DNA from: Botryllus schlosseri
Lineage: Eukaryota
Assembly: GCA_051294905.1 (NCBI GenBank)
Contig: CM119374.1
Span: 14,446,001 to 14,510,000 of the forward strand
Direction of reading: 5' to 3'
DNA length: 64,000 nucleotides
In this document: in pieces, positions 48,359 to 61,442 of the stretch
How the letters are laid out: each line of letters begins with the position of its first letter
How positions within the stretch are numbered: the stretch's first letter is position 1
The notes under the pieces: generated by a model
Seen by the model: only the letters and a program-made list of their open reading frames with translations
Databases searched by the model: none
What the model was told of the DNA's origin: nothing
Position numbers and translations under genes: made by a program

Positions 48359-49271
48359 CTGTGTTGGGATCAAGTTACTACCTTCGAGTCACGAGTCATT
48401 TCGAGTCATTGCATATTTTGACTCGAGTCAAGTCAAGTCAATCGATTCTCGAAGGTGACTCGAGTCAAGTCAAGTCACTCGATTTTTGGAGGTGACTCGA
48501 GTCAAGTCGAGTCAAGTCAAGTCAAGTCACAATTCAAGTCAAGTTGCCTTTTCGAAGTATGAGGCATGATTACGTCATTACATATCACTAGCTGTCTGAA
48601 ATACAGATTGAGTAGTCATTGATTCTGAACGGATGAACGAATAGAGTTGAATATACACAGAAGAAGGCGCTGTATCGCTCACATATACGTAAAACTCAGT
48701 TTATAGTTACCAGTCAAATTAGAGAATAGAGAATGGAGAAACGAATTGATAACAGGCAATAAATTATCCATTTACATATTAATATGATACAACTCGTGCC
48801 TACGCTAATGGCTGAGGAGTATATAAACTATATCAGAATTCAAATTCGATAAAACAAGAGGTTTGGTTAAGGTAAATACAGAGAACACAAATACATATTT
48901 TTCAATAAATTACTTTACTAATAGTTTACGACAACGTAAGCTGTAAGCTTCGATCATTTCGTTTGTGGTCAATTTATTTCTCAGAGTACCACTGAGTCTC
49001 AGTAAAAAGCACGATCATTGAATGGTTGGTCGCTCTCACGGGTTACACCAGCGTTTCTCCAACAATCTGAACATATGCAATATAGAGAGAATTTTATCGA
49101 CACCGATTACTTGATGACGTAAAATTGACTCGTGAATTTTGCTCCGAGTCACGAGTCAATCCACATTTTTGATACGCTGAGTCAAGTCAAGTCAAGTCAA
49201 GTCATTTTAGCAAAGTGACTCGAGTCGAGTCAAGTTAAACGAAAAAGGTGACTCGAGTCATCCCAACACTG
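48359..49271 (+). mobile_element. hAT MITE family A, full copy
   Basis: C(T)GTGTTGGGAT...ATCCCAACACTG, perfect TSD CCAGCTAT. Confidence 0.9.
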
Positions 49272-51764
49272 CCAGCTATACCGCTAGTGATATATGGAAG
49301 AACCGATATTATTGATATAATTAATTAGCAAAATTTAAAAACCAGATGCATATAGTAATCCCATCAGAAGTTGCATCGACCTCCCTATGGCGGGCCCCAG
49401 ACCAGTGTTTTTTTTGGGGGGGGGGCAGGAGTCGGCTTAAAAGTTTTGTTTCGGTTCATAGCTAAAGCACACAACCACGTATATCTGCACCGACCTAACA
49501 TAGTAACAGAGCTGTCAAACACACGAACGTCTGGTCAGTCAATTTCATCCAGCTCGTGGAGAAGGCTGTTGCAGACCAAGTGAGAATATCGACCCCAGCA
49601 ATCACCAGAGCTCAAATTGGAGATAGCCCTATACGGCCTATATAGTCTAGCTACTAGTTGATTCACGACATATGTTAAAAATATCCACTCCTGTAAACAA
49701 TCGATATTGGTAAAGCACGGTCAGTGTGATGTCATGCTGCTGCCTCATTATAAATCCAGTTAAGAGGCGCTAAAGAGCTTCTGGAATTTGGGTCACAAAA
49801 ATATGGTAACCCTTGTACCCTTCCCCAACAAAAATTACCCATGATTTATAGAAATAAGCGCTTCCGCGTCGGTTATTACCGCGCCACGGCACATCAATAC
49901 ATATGGAGTTATAGGCCATGTAACAAGCGACTTCGAGAAGTGTGCCAGAACGATCAGCAGCGAGAAGACCTGGCCGAAAAGGACTGCCTTTGTGTTAACC
50001 GAAAATTCGATATATATAAATAATTACATATATGTTTAATATTCCATACGTGCCTAAATGGCTGGCGCCGAATGTTCCTGTCCTGGCGTTCTGAGCCCCA
50101 CTAGACAAATTCCATCCCGCAGGGAACATTATTTGCCAGTAAAGAAATACCAATTTGAAATCCAGTACGTCTTATAGTTTAGTTGGTACTGCAGGATATC
50201 CCGAGATCATTCGTCCATGATATTCCGCTATGTCCCGCATAAGAAACTACTTCTTGTGATGACTCGTATATAAGTGCAGTGGCGGCTCGTCCTATAGGGC
50301 AACTGGGGCATTGCCCCACCTAAAATTCGGTTCAATAACAATTATTTATCATTTAGAGACGCGCACCAATCAATATATACCGAAATCACAGCAAAAATCT
50401 TATTCTTCTTGTGCTTTCGCATGTAAATGCCCATATAGGCTATAGCGAAGTCTCTGCGAAAATCGAATTCTCTTCGTGATTTCGCTTTGCGAATGCCTAG
50501 CCGGGGCATGCGCTGGTAGCGCTCAAAACAAGGTTTCACTGTCTATTCTCTCAAAGCCGCGCACAATAAAGAGACGGTGATTTACACTCTCCTATTCATA
50601 AAATTACCGAGTAGGTGGGGCAACATAGCCTGGTTGCTCTTAAGGTGTGATGTAACAATCGTATCTATATCTGAACTCGGTTACCGTCATATGCGTTGAG
50701 TCGATCTTTGCTGGTATAGGTCCATTTTGACGGTGTTTCACACCATGATGATTCTTGAACTTGGTGTGTTATGTCGTGATGGTGGTATTTAACACTGCCC
50801 CAAGTTTCAGGGTTGGTACTTAAAGATTAGGGTAGTAATTCCGTTTCCGAAATTGAGTGTGTGCTCATCCGTCATGTTTCGCAAACAGATTTTATTCAAA
50901 AGTCGGTATTGGTGTCCATTGATTTTGACGATGTTCCATACGGAGATCGGTCATGACATTTGGCACGGTGAGTCTTAATGTTAGTATCGAACGCTGTACC
51001 AAGTTTTAAGGTTTTCACTGAACTATGTTAGTGATAATTTCGTTTCCTAAGTCGAGTGAGAGCCGACTCGTCATTTATCGTTAACAGATTTTACGCAAAG
51101 CCGGTATTGGTCTCTATTGATTTTACCGATGCTCCTTACCTTGATCTGTCAGGAGCTTTTGCACGGTATATCTTGATTTTAGTATCGAACGCTATACCAA
51201 GTCTCAAGGTGGACACTCAATGATTAGGGCAGTAATTTCGTTATCGAGGTCGAGTATGGTAGAGATGTGCGCCGATCTGACACTATAGCCTACGTAACGC
51301 ATTGTGGATTTCACGCAAAAGCCGGTGTGTCTGTGCTAACGTTAACTGTGTTCCATACTGAGATAGGTGATGAGACGATGATATCATGAAACAGTTAACT
51401 AACATTCTCGTTTTTCATTCAAATATTTACCTTTACTTTATATTCTCCAATGTCAATTTCACCGTGAAATTGTGGCCTTCAAGTCATTTGCTTACAACCC
51501 CCTGTCAAGCGCGAAAGCTATTTCGTTTTCGATGACGGCTAACAGCTGATCACTTGATCAGCCTATTCCTCAGTAAATTTTACGCAAAATTCGGTGTTGG
51601 TGTGTTCCGAACAGGCTGTTCGTATTGATTTTGACAGTACCATACCGAAAAGGGTCATGCGGCTCGATGATGTCATGTAACAGTGTACTAAGTTTACAGC
51701 TTTCATTCACGTATTTATTCGGTAATATATTTTCCAATGCCGATTTAGCAGCAGACTTCTAGAC

Positions 51765-53066
51765 CAGCGGTTCTCAACCTTTTTTGACACGCGCCCCCCT
51801 TGGCGATGGTCAAAAAAATCGCGCGCCCCTGACCCCCCCCCCCCTTACATTTATCGTCATGTCAAAAAGAGCACATCATCTAATACAGAGGTGGGCAACC
51901 TTTTTGCTAATCATGGCCGCATTTCGGTAGCTTAAGGCCGCATTCCAAGGCATAGCCGCAATGAACGATCTGGACGCAAAATACATATGGTAAACTGTCC
52001 ATATCCATTCCCGGTGAACTCCGGGTTATTCTACTTTTCACAACGGCCTATTGTACGCACCGAAATCGCGAGTGGCAATGTTATGAATAGTTGTCGGGAG
52101 TGCATATTGTCGCGCAGGGCGCAAAAATTTTTCAGAGCCGCGAATGAATTGTTATTTCTTGAGGATTCCCATTCCTGCTCCAATTAAGAAGGGCCCTACT
52201 GCATTAAAATCGAAAAATGAAGTCTTGTTGAATTGCGCGGAGCGCGAAGAAAATTTCAAGATTAAATAAAATCTCTCGAAAATTCGGGAGTAAATTAGTA
52301 ATTGCAATTTGCATGTCTACCACTGCCAACACATACTAATTGAATTAGGCGTCGACGGTCGCACAAATTCCCTTCTACGGCCGCATGCGGCCGTACGGGC
52401 TGCCCACCACTGATATAATAATATACATAAGGTATATCTTACGCCAATTTTGAATCCGCATTAGAGTTGTTTAGTCTTTTACATTGCTGACAAACTTCCC
52501 CAAACTAGTTTGAAAATAACAAAAAAACATTGAAAAGGACATCAATTAATTTCAAGGTAGGTTGCACTGAGACTAATCCTGATGCTGGTAGTGACTACAG
52601 AGAGCACGGCGTCGTTCTGTCGTGCCATGCTAAATTTGATCAGTTTTGGAAACGAATTAAATTGTGTTGATTTATAGCCAATTCGAGGGCGAAACCGGGC
52701 AACCTATATTGCATCTAAGTCTGTCTTAGGCAGTGCAGTTAGCCAGCTGTCAACAACAGCTACCTAGCGCACAGAGATTTAGGCTACTGTCAAAGCTATA
52801 AAGTAATGAATGACTTGCACGTAGGAATTTCTCTAAATCTTCAAAGAATATCAAAAATTTGCTCAAATGAAGTTGAAGTCTGCCTATACTCCGTTGAGCG
52901 CGACTGCTGGAGTATGAGTTTGTCAAGCTTTCTAGAATACGAATTAAGTTTAATCTTCAATAATCGTATCTTCAGAATGGTTGTGAAACACATGTTTAGT
53001 CACAATTTATACAGACATTGACAAAATTGACAAAAATTTCTCGCGCCCCCAGGTTGAGAACCCCTG
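51765..53066 (-). mobile_element. Internally deleted derivative of the adjacent Buster transposon, inverted, carrying a nested MITE (51886-52412)
   Basis: Same TIRs and subterminal sequence as 53583-56675, TSD TTCTAGAC. Inner MITE CAGAGGTGGGCA...TGCCCACCACTG with TSD ATCTAATA/ATATAATA. Confidence 0.9.
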
Positions 53067-53582
53067 TTCTAGACAGTAAACCATTTGTGTTATGTCCCAG
53101 TTTTTTACAGCCAGACTGTTCAGAGTCAAGTGTACCTGTTTGATGCTGGTGTGATCAGACTAGATGACCTTCACGGTCTTATCGATCATTCCTATCTAAT
53201 ACCGAATACTGTGCATGCATATTTTCTGTTCCATCATCACTGCCGTTTGTTATGTATTTTGGTTGGATGAAAATAAAGACTCTCTCTCTCCCTCTCTCTC
53301 TCTCCAGTTTCAAGGCCAAAATCTCCTATGTTGTTCCGAGACCGAAATTCCGAGGCTGCTTTCGTCTTACTTCTTCAAATTTAAAATGATGTGTTGGATT
53401 CAATATGACAGGCCCAATCTATGAGATAACAATGGCGTGTTTATATAGTTCAGTGGTCTGAACTCGTTGACCTTTCCGGTTAGGCTATACGCAATATCTC
53501 GAGATTGTTAGCCAGGTCAATTGCGAACATGAATCGTGTTGAATTTCTGCTCCGTACGCCGTTTATGCAGTTTCCTTTAGAG

Positions 53583-56500
53583 CAGGGGTTCTCAACCTGG
53601 GGGGCGCGGGAGGCTCTCAGGGGGGGCGCGAGAAATTGACGAAGTCAGTATAGGGGGGGCGCGAGAAATTGACAAAGTCGGTATAAATTGTACGTGTCTA
53701 AACATGTGTTTCACATCCATTATGAGAAGACGATTAATGATGATGAAACTTATTCTATATTCAAGAAAGCTTGCAAAATACAAACTCTAGCAACAGCGCT
53801 CAGCGGAGTATAGGCTGATTTCAACTTCATTTGAGCAAATTTTTGAAATTCTTTGTTGATATAGAGAGCAATTCCCACGTGTAAGTCATTCATTGCTTCA
53901 TAGCTTTGACATTAGCCAAAAGCTTGTCGCGCTGGGCAGCTCTTGTTAGTAGCTTGCGAACTGCACTGCCTAAGACAGACTTAGATGCAATATAGGTTGC
54001 CCGTTTTCGCCCTCAATTAGGCTACCCTAAATCAACACAATTTAATTCAATTCCAAAACTGATCAAATTTAGCATGGCAGGACAGAACGACGCCATACTC
54101 CAAGTGGTCACTACCAGCATACATCTATCTCGCACTAATAACATCGATCACCACATATTCATGTTATTATCTTCAAACTTACAGGCTTATCATACCTGAC
54201 TCCAAAATTTGTTAACATTTCGTGGATAAGTCGCTAGATCACAAATATTACAAATAATGAAACTTTTTACGTAATAAACATAAGTTATTTGTTCTCATCT
54301 ACAACTATCTGAAGATTTATCGGGATTACTGTTACAATGTTACACGTTCTGTACTTTTGAACATTCCGCTAGTCAAGCGAATGGATGATATTATGAACGG
54401 TATTACGTGGTTTACATTCATCAAGCGCATGATCATGATCATATATCGTTGTCAATTGCACGATGATGTCACAATGAAATTGTCGGATCAGGTGCCACAT
54501 TGTCTGCATCTGTGTCGCCGAGGTTTCCACTCATGTCGATTTCGATAATATTGCTATTGTAGGCAGCGGCGTGGGCGTGAATTTTCATCGACATCGTCAA
54601 TTTGCTTGAACTAGTATGAGTGGTAAAAAGAGAAAGTATGTAGAATATTATCTGAAATTTGGATTCATAGAGACCATTGTAAATGGCGAAGTTGTGCCGC
54701 AATGCGTGATATGTTTTCAAAAACTGAGCAACGACGCGTTGATACCAACTCGTCTGGAGCGTCATCTCGAGAAAAAACATTCCGCCCATCAAATTAAGCC
54801 TCTATCTTTTTTCCACAGCAAGAAAGCCTCATTTGAGAAAATGAAGGGTGCATATAGCAAGTGCTTTCGTCAATCTCCGGCTGCTGAAGTCCTTGAAGCG
54901 TCTTACGTAATTACTTACATGATAGCTCTAGAGAAGAAACCCCATAGTATTGGCGAAACGTTGATAAAACCCTGCATGCTACGAGCAGCTAGGCTCGTGT
55001 TGGGTGAGGCGAGCAGTAAGAAGCTTGCGGGGATTTCTCTTTCTAATTCTACCATTAAAAGACGCATCGATGAGCTCGCAGAGGATATTGAGTGTAAAGT
55101 TATAGATAAGATTCACGCATCACCTTATTTCGCCATTCAGTGTGATGAGACGACTGACGTTGCTCAATTGTCTCAGTTGATGGTCTATGTTCGCTTTGTT
55201 GGGCCTACTTCAATCGAAGAAGACATATTATTTTGCAAACCCTTGGAAACGACTACTAAATCAGAAGATATATTCGAACTTGTCGCCACATTTTTTGATA
55301 ACAATGATATAAAATGGGAGAAACTTGTTGGCGTCTGCACTGACGGTGCCCCAGCAATGATTGGATCGCGAAGTGGATTCATTGCCAGGATAAAGCAAAG
55401 AAGCACAAATGCGGTAGGATCGCACTGCGTGATTCACCGAGAGGCTCTTGCTTCCAGAACTCTACCTGCTGCAATGAAGGATAATTTTGCAATATTCATT
55501 CGAATCGTTAACTTTGTCAAAGCAAGTGCAGTCAATACGAGATTGTTTACTAAACTGTGCCAAGATATGGATTCCGATCATGAAACTTTACTGTTTCATA
55601 CATCTGTTCGGTGGTTGTCAAAAGGTAATATGTTAGCTCGAATCTATGAAATGAGGGAAGAACTGAAGCTATTTTGGGAAGCTCATGGTAAAAAGGATCT
55701 GCTTCTGTCGTTTACATCAGAGAAGATGCAGCTGCAGTTGGCCTACTTTGTGGACAGATTTCAAGCCCTCAATAATTTAAATCTCTCCCTACAGGGGAAG
55801 GATGCGAATCGCATTGCAGACTATGATGCGATTCACGCTTTCGTAGAAAAACTTGGGCTGTGGTATCGTCGAATTCAAAAAGGAAATGCGGCTTCATTTT
55901 ACAACCTTGACACTATACTTGACAAAAAAATTGAAATGAAGGGCGCGCTCAAAGCCGAGGTGGAGAATCACCTTCAACTTCTGAAACAAGAATACGAACG
56001 CTATTTTCCAGACTTGAATGATACCGAGCTTCCGGAATGGCGGATGACAAGGAATCCCTTTCATTTGAATGTGGATATTCTTCCGGGCTATTTGCAAGAG
56101 GAGTTTTTGGATCTAAAATGCAATTCTACTGCAAGAGACGACTTTGAAGCACTACCACTTACTGAGTTCTGGGTAAAATATATCCACATCTACAAGAGTG
56201 TGGGTGATGTGGCTATACCCATACTTCTTCCATTTTCATCCACTTACCTGTGCGAAAAGGGTTTTTCTACTCTTGTGAATATGAAGACAAAATCAAGAAA
56301 CAAACTCGACTGTGAATCCGATATGAGATGCGCATTATCTGCTACCTATCCTAGAATTGAACATTTGGTATCCAAAAAACAGGCGCAGCCTTCGCATTAA
56401 GATTAGTCTCGGTGCACCTTGAAATAAATTGATGTATTGTTCAATATTTTTTTGGTATTCTCAAACGAGTTTGGGGGAAATTAATCAGAAATGAAGTAGA

Positions 56501-56675
56501 CGGCATGACTCAACAACTGGAATGCGGATTCAAAATTGGCGTAAGATATACCATATGTATACTATTAGATGATGTGCCCTTTTTACATTACGATATGTGC
56601 AGAGGAATCAGGGGGGCGCAATATTTTTGACAATCGCCAACGGGGGCGCATGTCCAAAAAGGTTGAGAACCGCTG
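53583..56675 (+). mobile_element. Autonomous hAT (Buster subfamily) DNA transposon
   Basis: TIR CAGGGGTTCTCAACC/GGTTGAGAACCGCTG, perfect TSD CTTTAGAG, intact transposase ORF. Confidence 0.96.
54616..56400 (+). CDS. Buster/ZBED5-like hAT transposase, 594 aa
   Basis: BED-like PQCVIC...RHLEKKH; DETTD; CTDGAPAM; CVIHREAL; WLSKG; PFSSTYLCEKGFS dimerisation domain. Confidence 0.96.
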   Translation: MSGKKRKYVEYYLKFGFIETIVNGEVVPQCVICFQKLSNDALIPTRLERHLEKKHSAHQIKPLSFFHSKKASFEKMKGAYSKCFRQSPAAEVLEASYVITYMIALEKKPHSIGETLIKPCMLRAARLVLGEASSKKLAGISLSNSTIKRRIDELAEDIECKVIDKIHASPYFAIQCDETTDVAQLSQLMVYVRFVGPTSIEEDILFCKPLETTTKSEDIFELVATFFDNNDIKWEKLVGVCTDGAPAMIGSRSGFIARIKQRSTNAVGSHCVIHREALASRTLPAAMKDNFAIFIRIVNFVKASAVNTRLFTKLCQDMDSDHETLLFHTSVRWLSKGNMLARIYEMREELKLFWEAHGKKDLLLSFTSEKMQLQLAYFVDRFQALNNLNLSLQGKDANRIADYDAIHAFVEKLGLWYRRIQKGNAASFYNLDTILDKKIEMKGALKAEVENHLQLLKQEYERYFPDLNDTELPEWRMTRNPFHLNVDILPGYLQEEFLDLKCNSTARDDFEALPLTEFWVKYIHIYKSVGDVAIPILLPFSSTYLCEKGFSTLVNMKTKSRNKLDCESDMRCALSATYPRIEHLVSKKQAQPSH

Positions 56676-57975
56676 CTTTAGAGCAATAATTAGAGGTAAA
56701 GAGACTCGGTCCTTATCAGCCTAGAAATTGTCCATTGATCTAATGCTAATCGTATACGCGGGAGGAAAGCGCACTCTTATCCTTCTCCCAACATATTTCG
56801 ATAACAATGAATAGCTGAGGTATAAGCGAGGATAAGGACGCCTCGTTATACACTTTTACACTGCTGGGGCCAGAGGCGGTCTATCTAGTTGGAACAAAAT
56901 TGGGTATCGTGATCTGAAGAATGTGGTCTCTACTGCAAACGGTGTCTCGATATTACCCGATCGTCGACATTACTCGGTTAGAGTTGACTGGCTTATATTC
57001 CAGTGCATATTTTTTTCGAAGTAGTAACCAGTGGTGAACTTTCAAAATTCCTATAGTTGAAAAATCGCTTTCTATTAACTTTGCTGCAGTAACTAGCTTT
57101 TTTGATATCATATTGACCACCCCGATTTCATCCGCAGAATCCAAGCGTGGTTTCAGCACATTAAAACGCATCGAGACTTCTCTTAGAATCGGGATGTGTA
57201 AAGATATAGGCTCGATGAGTTATAGTAGATGTGCTCAGGATTCTCAGCGCTGTGATTATGGGTATTCCAGATTTCAATGAATTCGTTATTGAACATTTTG
57301 CAACTATGAATGCGCAATACGCCTACTAATACAAACGTTAAAATATGCAGGTATGAACTACTGTACCTCATATTTTCTTCCTAATAATTTGATGAGTGTC
57401 AGCTCGAAATACTTCGGGTTTTGATATATTTCTGTCATGAATATATTATTAAAATTTGAAATGCGTAAGTCTAGTTAACCATGCCTAATATCTGCACACC
57501 ATACAAACTGTGTGTGACGACCACGAAGTCACATTTCACGTCAGAATACACTATTGTGACGTCATTTAGATTATTAACATTGCATGCACCCCTTGCGCCA
57601 CCACCCGATATTGTCACGAGCCGCCACTGTATAAGTGTATGTAACACGTGTTAGAGATTATTACTATGATCATGAGACTCTATACGCAACTTCTGCATTT
57701 ACGTTTGAATAAACTACTGTATTGAGCATATATCTGTTACAGACAACTTCACCACAAGATAACTGGCTTCTCGAGTTAAGTATTCAAGTATAGCCGAAAT
57801 CCCAAATATTTGGTTAGCTATACTTCCAATATAGATCACCAGAGACATTAAGCTATAATTGCTGCAGTACGTTAGGGCGATTTCAATATCTTTTGACATA
57901 GCAGATAGCAGGTCACGAAATAACATCGTGTAACGAAGTTAATGTACCAACGGTACGCCCAAAGATGTTTAATTA

Positions 57976-60900
57976 CACTGGTAAACACTATTTTTGTTGA
58001 CTTTGCTCAGACAATTGATATTGACGACTAACTTTTGGGCGCTGAATTAAAAAATGACTTCGGTTTTTCTCTATCACATAACTTTTTTGGGTTAGGCACA
58101 CACCACATTGTCTCATAACCCCCATAATGGCACTATTTTTAATATTTTGTGTTTATTGTATAAAACGTTTCAAAAACCACAAGCAGTCGAAAGTAAATCA
58201 ATAGACTTCAAATAAACATTTGCACTGATTTATGTGACTGGGTTTAAACTGATATTGCTTCTACATGACAAACAAAGTGTGAGTTTCAGGGTCCCAATTT
58301 ACGCTAATAACCTATAATTCTGTAGGTTGTCTAGTTTGATACTCGAGCAATAGTCAGCTAACATATATAGGCATTTGCCATTCACTTGACTTGTAAATTG
58401 GGATTCCTAACTCCTCCGGTAATCCATGGTAACGGTATCATGCAAATGCCAGCATCACGGTAATACACAAAGCTACCGAAAGTAGGCCTACGAAGTAAAT
58501 GCTATTTCTCCTGATCGAACGTGAGATACCTTCTCTATTTTGCCAAGTAATCTTTTATCACTTCATAAGGATGTTAAAACAACCGAAGATTTCTATTCCA
58601 TGTCCCAAAGCTTATGTCAGATCAATAACTCGTGTTAATGGAGTATACTCTACGTTCTGAATGGTCCGTGGACATATTAGCATGCGACACAATAGCAAGC
58701 GACACTTGAGCATGCGACACTTGAGCATAGCGACTTTTGGTCATGGCGACTCGTGGGCATGTAGACACATGAGCACAGAGACATATTAACATGAGGACAT
58801 ATTAGCATGGGGACACATGAGTATAGGGACACACGAGCATGGATACACGTGAGCATAGGGACAGATCAACATGGTGACAATTTAGTAAGTGCCACTTGAG
58901 CATGGTGACACATGAGCATGCGATACATGAGCCTTGACGACACATGAGCATGGGTACACAAGAGCATGGGCACACGTGCGCAATTGCGCATATGGACACA
59001 GGGGCATGGGGACACAAGAGCAATTGTGCACATGAGCATGGGGTCACGTACGCATGCGACACTTGAGCATGCTCCCGTCTACATGCAGACACTTGAGCAT
59101 GCGACACGTGGATATGCAGACACTTGAGCATGCGACACTTGGGCATGCGGCACTTGCGCATGCGACACTTGAGCATGCGTCACTTGAGAATGCGTCACTT
59201 GAGCATGCGACATTTGAGCATGCGACACTTGAGCATGTGACTTTTGAGCATGCGACACTTGAGCATGCGACATTTGAGCATGCGACATTTGAGCATGCGA
59301 CACTTGAGCATGTTAGACTTGAGTATGCGACATTGGAGCATGCGACACTTGAGCATGTGACCATATACATTTGTGTTAAAAGCTTCAGAAATCGAGGTAA
59401 AGCGATAAAGGTTGCCATTGCTCCACATATATTGGAATCGCGTTTACACGTATCGGACGAACTAAAAGAATATATCCTTTTGTGAGACGAAAGCGATTCC
59501 AAATTCGCATTTCGACACGGGACTTATTATTTTATTTTGCGGGTCTCTTTTGATAGGGAAGTTTTACGTGCCGTGGGTGGGTAGGGGGAACATTAGGGTT
59601 CGAAGTGGGTTAGGGTCCATGCTGTGGTTAAGGTATCCCAAGATTAGGGTTGGGGGTGATGGATATTAGGGTTGGTTAGGGTTAGGGTTAAGGTATCCCA
59701 TGATTAGGGTCGTGGATTATGGGTATTAGGGTTGGGAGGGGGATATTAGGGTTAGGGTTATAGGGTTAAGGGTAAGGTATCCCAAGATTAGGGTTAGGGT
59801 TTGCGTTAGGGATAAGGTATCCCAGGATCAGGGTTGGGTTGATGGGTATTAAAGTTGGGAGCGGGGATATTAGGATTGGAGTAAGGGAGATATATTATGT
59901 TCGGACTGGTCTAAATCCTTGATTTTGACGCTAGTTAACTACACACTAATATATGAAAAATGCTCAAGTGTCGTATGCTGAAGTGACGCATGCGCAAGTG
60001 ACGCATGCTCAAGTGTCGCATGATCAAGTGACGCATGCTCAAGTGTCGCATGCTCAAGTGCGGCATGCTCAAGTGTCGCATGCTCAAGTGTCGCATGCTC
60101 AAATGTCGCATGCTCAAGTGTCGCATGCTCAAATGTCGCATGCGCAAGTGTCGCATGATCAAATGTCGCATGCGCAAGTGTCCTCATGCTCATTTGTCAC
60201 CATGCTGATATGTAACCATGCTCATATATCACCATGTACAAGTGTCAACATACTGAAGTGTCCCAATGGTTATGTGTAACCATGCTCACGTGTTACCATG
60301 CCCATATGTAACCATGTCGATTAGTCTCAATACTAATGTTTAACCATACTCAAGTGTCGCATGCTAATCTGTTTCCATGCCCATGTGTCCCCTTGCTCAT
60401 GTTTCACCCTGCTGATATGTCCCCATGCGCATGCATCCCCATGCTCATGTGTCCCTATGCTCATGTGTTACCATGCCAATGTGTCCTCATGCTATAGCGT
60501 CGCATGCTTAACTGTCGTTTTTCCTTGTGTCGCATGCTCATATGTCGGGCAACCGTTCTGAATCAACTTCGATTTCAAAATCTTCATCATTTGGCCTGCT
60601 ATCCCTAAGATCTTCATCTTGATCCAAATTATCGAGCTTAGGAGCTTCAGGTTGCACTGGATAAGCTGGATGGGGCATTCGACCTATAGCTGATAGTAAA
60701 TGTCATGTGTATTTTTCTTGCCATATCCTGCAGTTTGCATCAAATATATGTATGAAATATCCTCGGATGATTGCATCCTTTAACCAAAAATGGGTGCAAA
60801 CATCGTCCTAGATCAATACCAGTACATTTTTCCTACATAATTCAATCGAGCCCTTGACTATATAACTTATTATATGGCAAAAGTGTGGATTTATACATGA

Positions 60901-61083
60901 TATGGAAAAGTAATGTGGCTAAATTCGTGAAAATTTGCATATTTTGGGCATATGTCGTATAGCAAAAAGTTGACTTGATAGAAGAAAACCATTGGCATTT
61001 TTGGAATCAGCACGCCAAAATTAGCCTAAATCAAGTGCAAAATCAAAGTCAACAAATTTTTCGTTCAAAATTGTTGCCCAGTG
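57976..61083 (-). mobile_element. Degraded Chapaev3 (CMC) DNA transposon, interrupted by a foldback element
   Basis: CACTGG termini, 3-bp TTA TSD on both sides, minus-strand relics MLADYC (about 58345-58365) and PHPAYPVQPEAP...DEDF (about 60570-60680). Confidence 0.75.
58663..60554. mobile_element. Foldback (MULE-like) element: inverted arms of 15-bp GAGCATGCGACACTT minisatellite around a TTAGGG-rich core
   Basis: Termini GGT...GACATAT.AGCATGCGACA inverted; perfect 9-bp TSD GTTCTGAAT (58654-58662, 60555-60563). Confidence 0.88.
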
Positions 61084-61089
61084 TTATTA

Positions 61090-61442
61090 TTTGGGGGTCC
61101 TACCTTTTCCAACACACTTCACTCATCAGTGAAAGGAGAAAAGTTGATAGCAATATATATGTAATTCCCGGTCATATTGACCGATTCAATGATGAAACAT
61201 ACAGATTTTTGGCGTTAGCGCTTCGCGCGTTCAGGCGATGCAAGCTCAGTCACTAAACGGACACCCAGATTAGATGATAAGTATAGACAAAAACTGTACA
61301 GCCTGAGGGGGTCTGAGGGGCTTCTGGGCTGGGGGGTTTGGTTTGTCTGCCTACGGGGGCTCAAGACCAACTTTGTTTTGGGGGAGGTAGGCTGACGAAG
61401 TGCTGTTACGGTCCTTTTTATGGTAACCATGAGCATCGCCCA
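61090..61442 (+). repeat. Unclassified dispersed repeat (GCGCTTCGCG family); inverted homologue at 32172-32490
   Basis: Colinear blocks AGGACCG.AACAGCA, GTTGGTCTTG, GACAAACCAAACC, CGCGAAGCGC, CCTAC.TTTTCCAA.ACAC. Confidence 0.8.

Larger units (their letters stand above)
50277..57629. mobile_element. Large non-autonomous hAT-like element hosting nested insertions
   Basis: Perfect 14-bp TIR CAGTGGCGGCTCGT, perfect TSD TATAAGTG (50269-50276, 57630-57637). Diverged ~200-250-bp internal repeats at about 50890-51680. Confidence 0.88.

Noticed and set aside
56950-57180. Possible hAT dimerisation-domain relic in the outer element
   Set aside because: Similarity (VTAA...ESDFST..ILK) is too weak to call by eye.
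58802-60561. Repetitive ORFs (EHATL, SHAQV, MLKCR repeats)
   Set aside because: Translations of a 15-bp minisatellite that is open in several frames on both strands.
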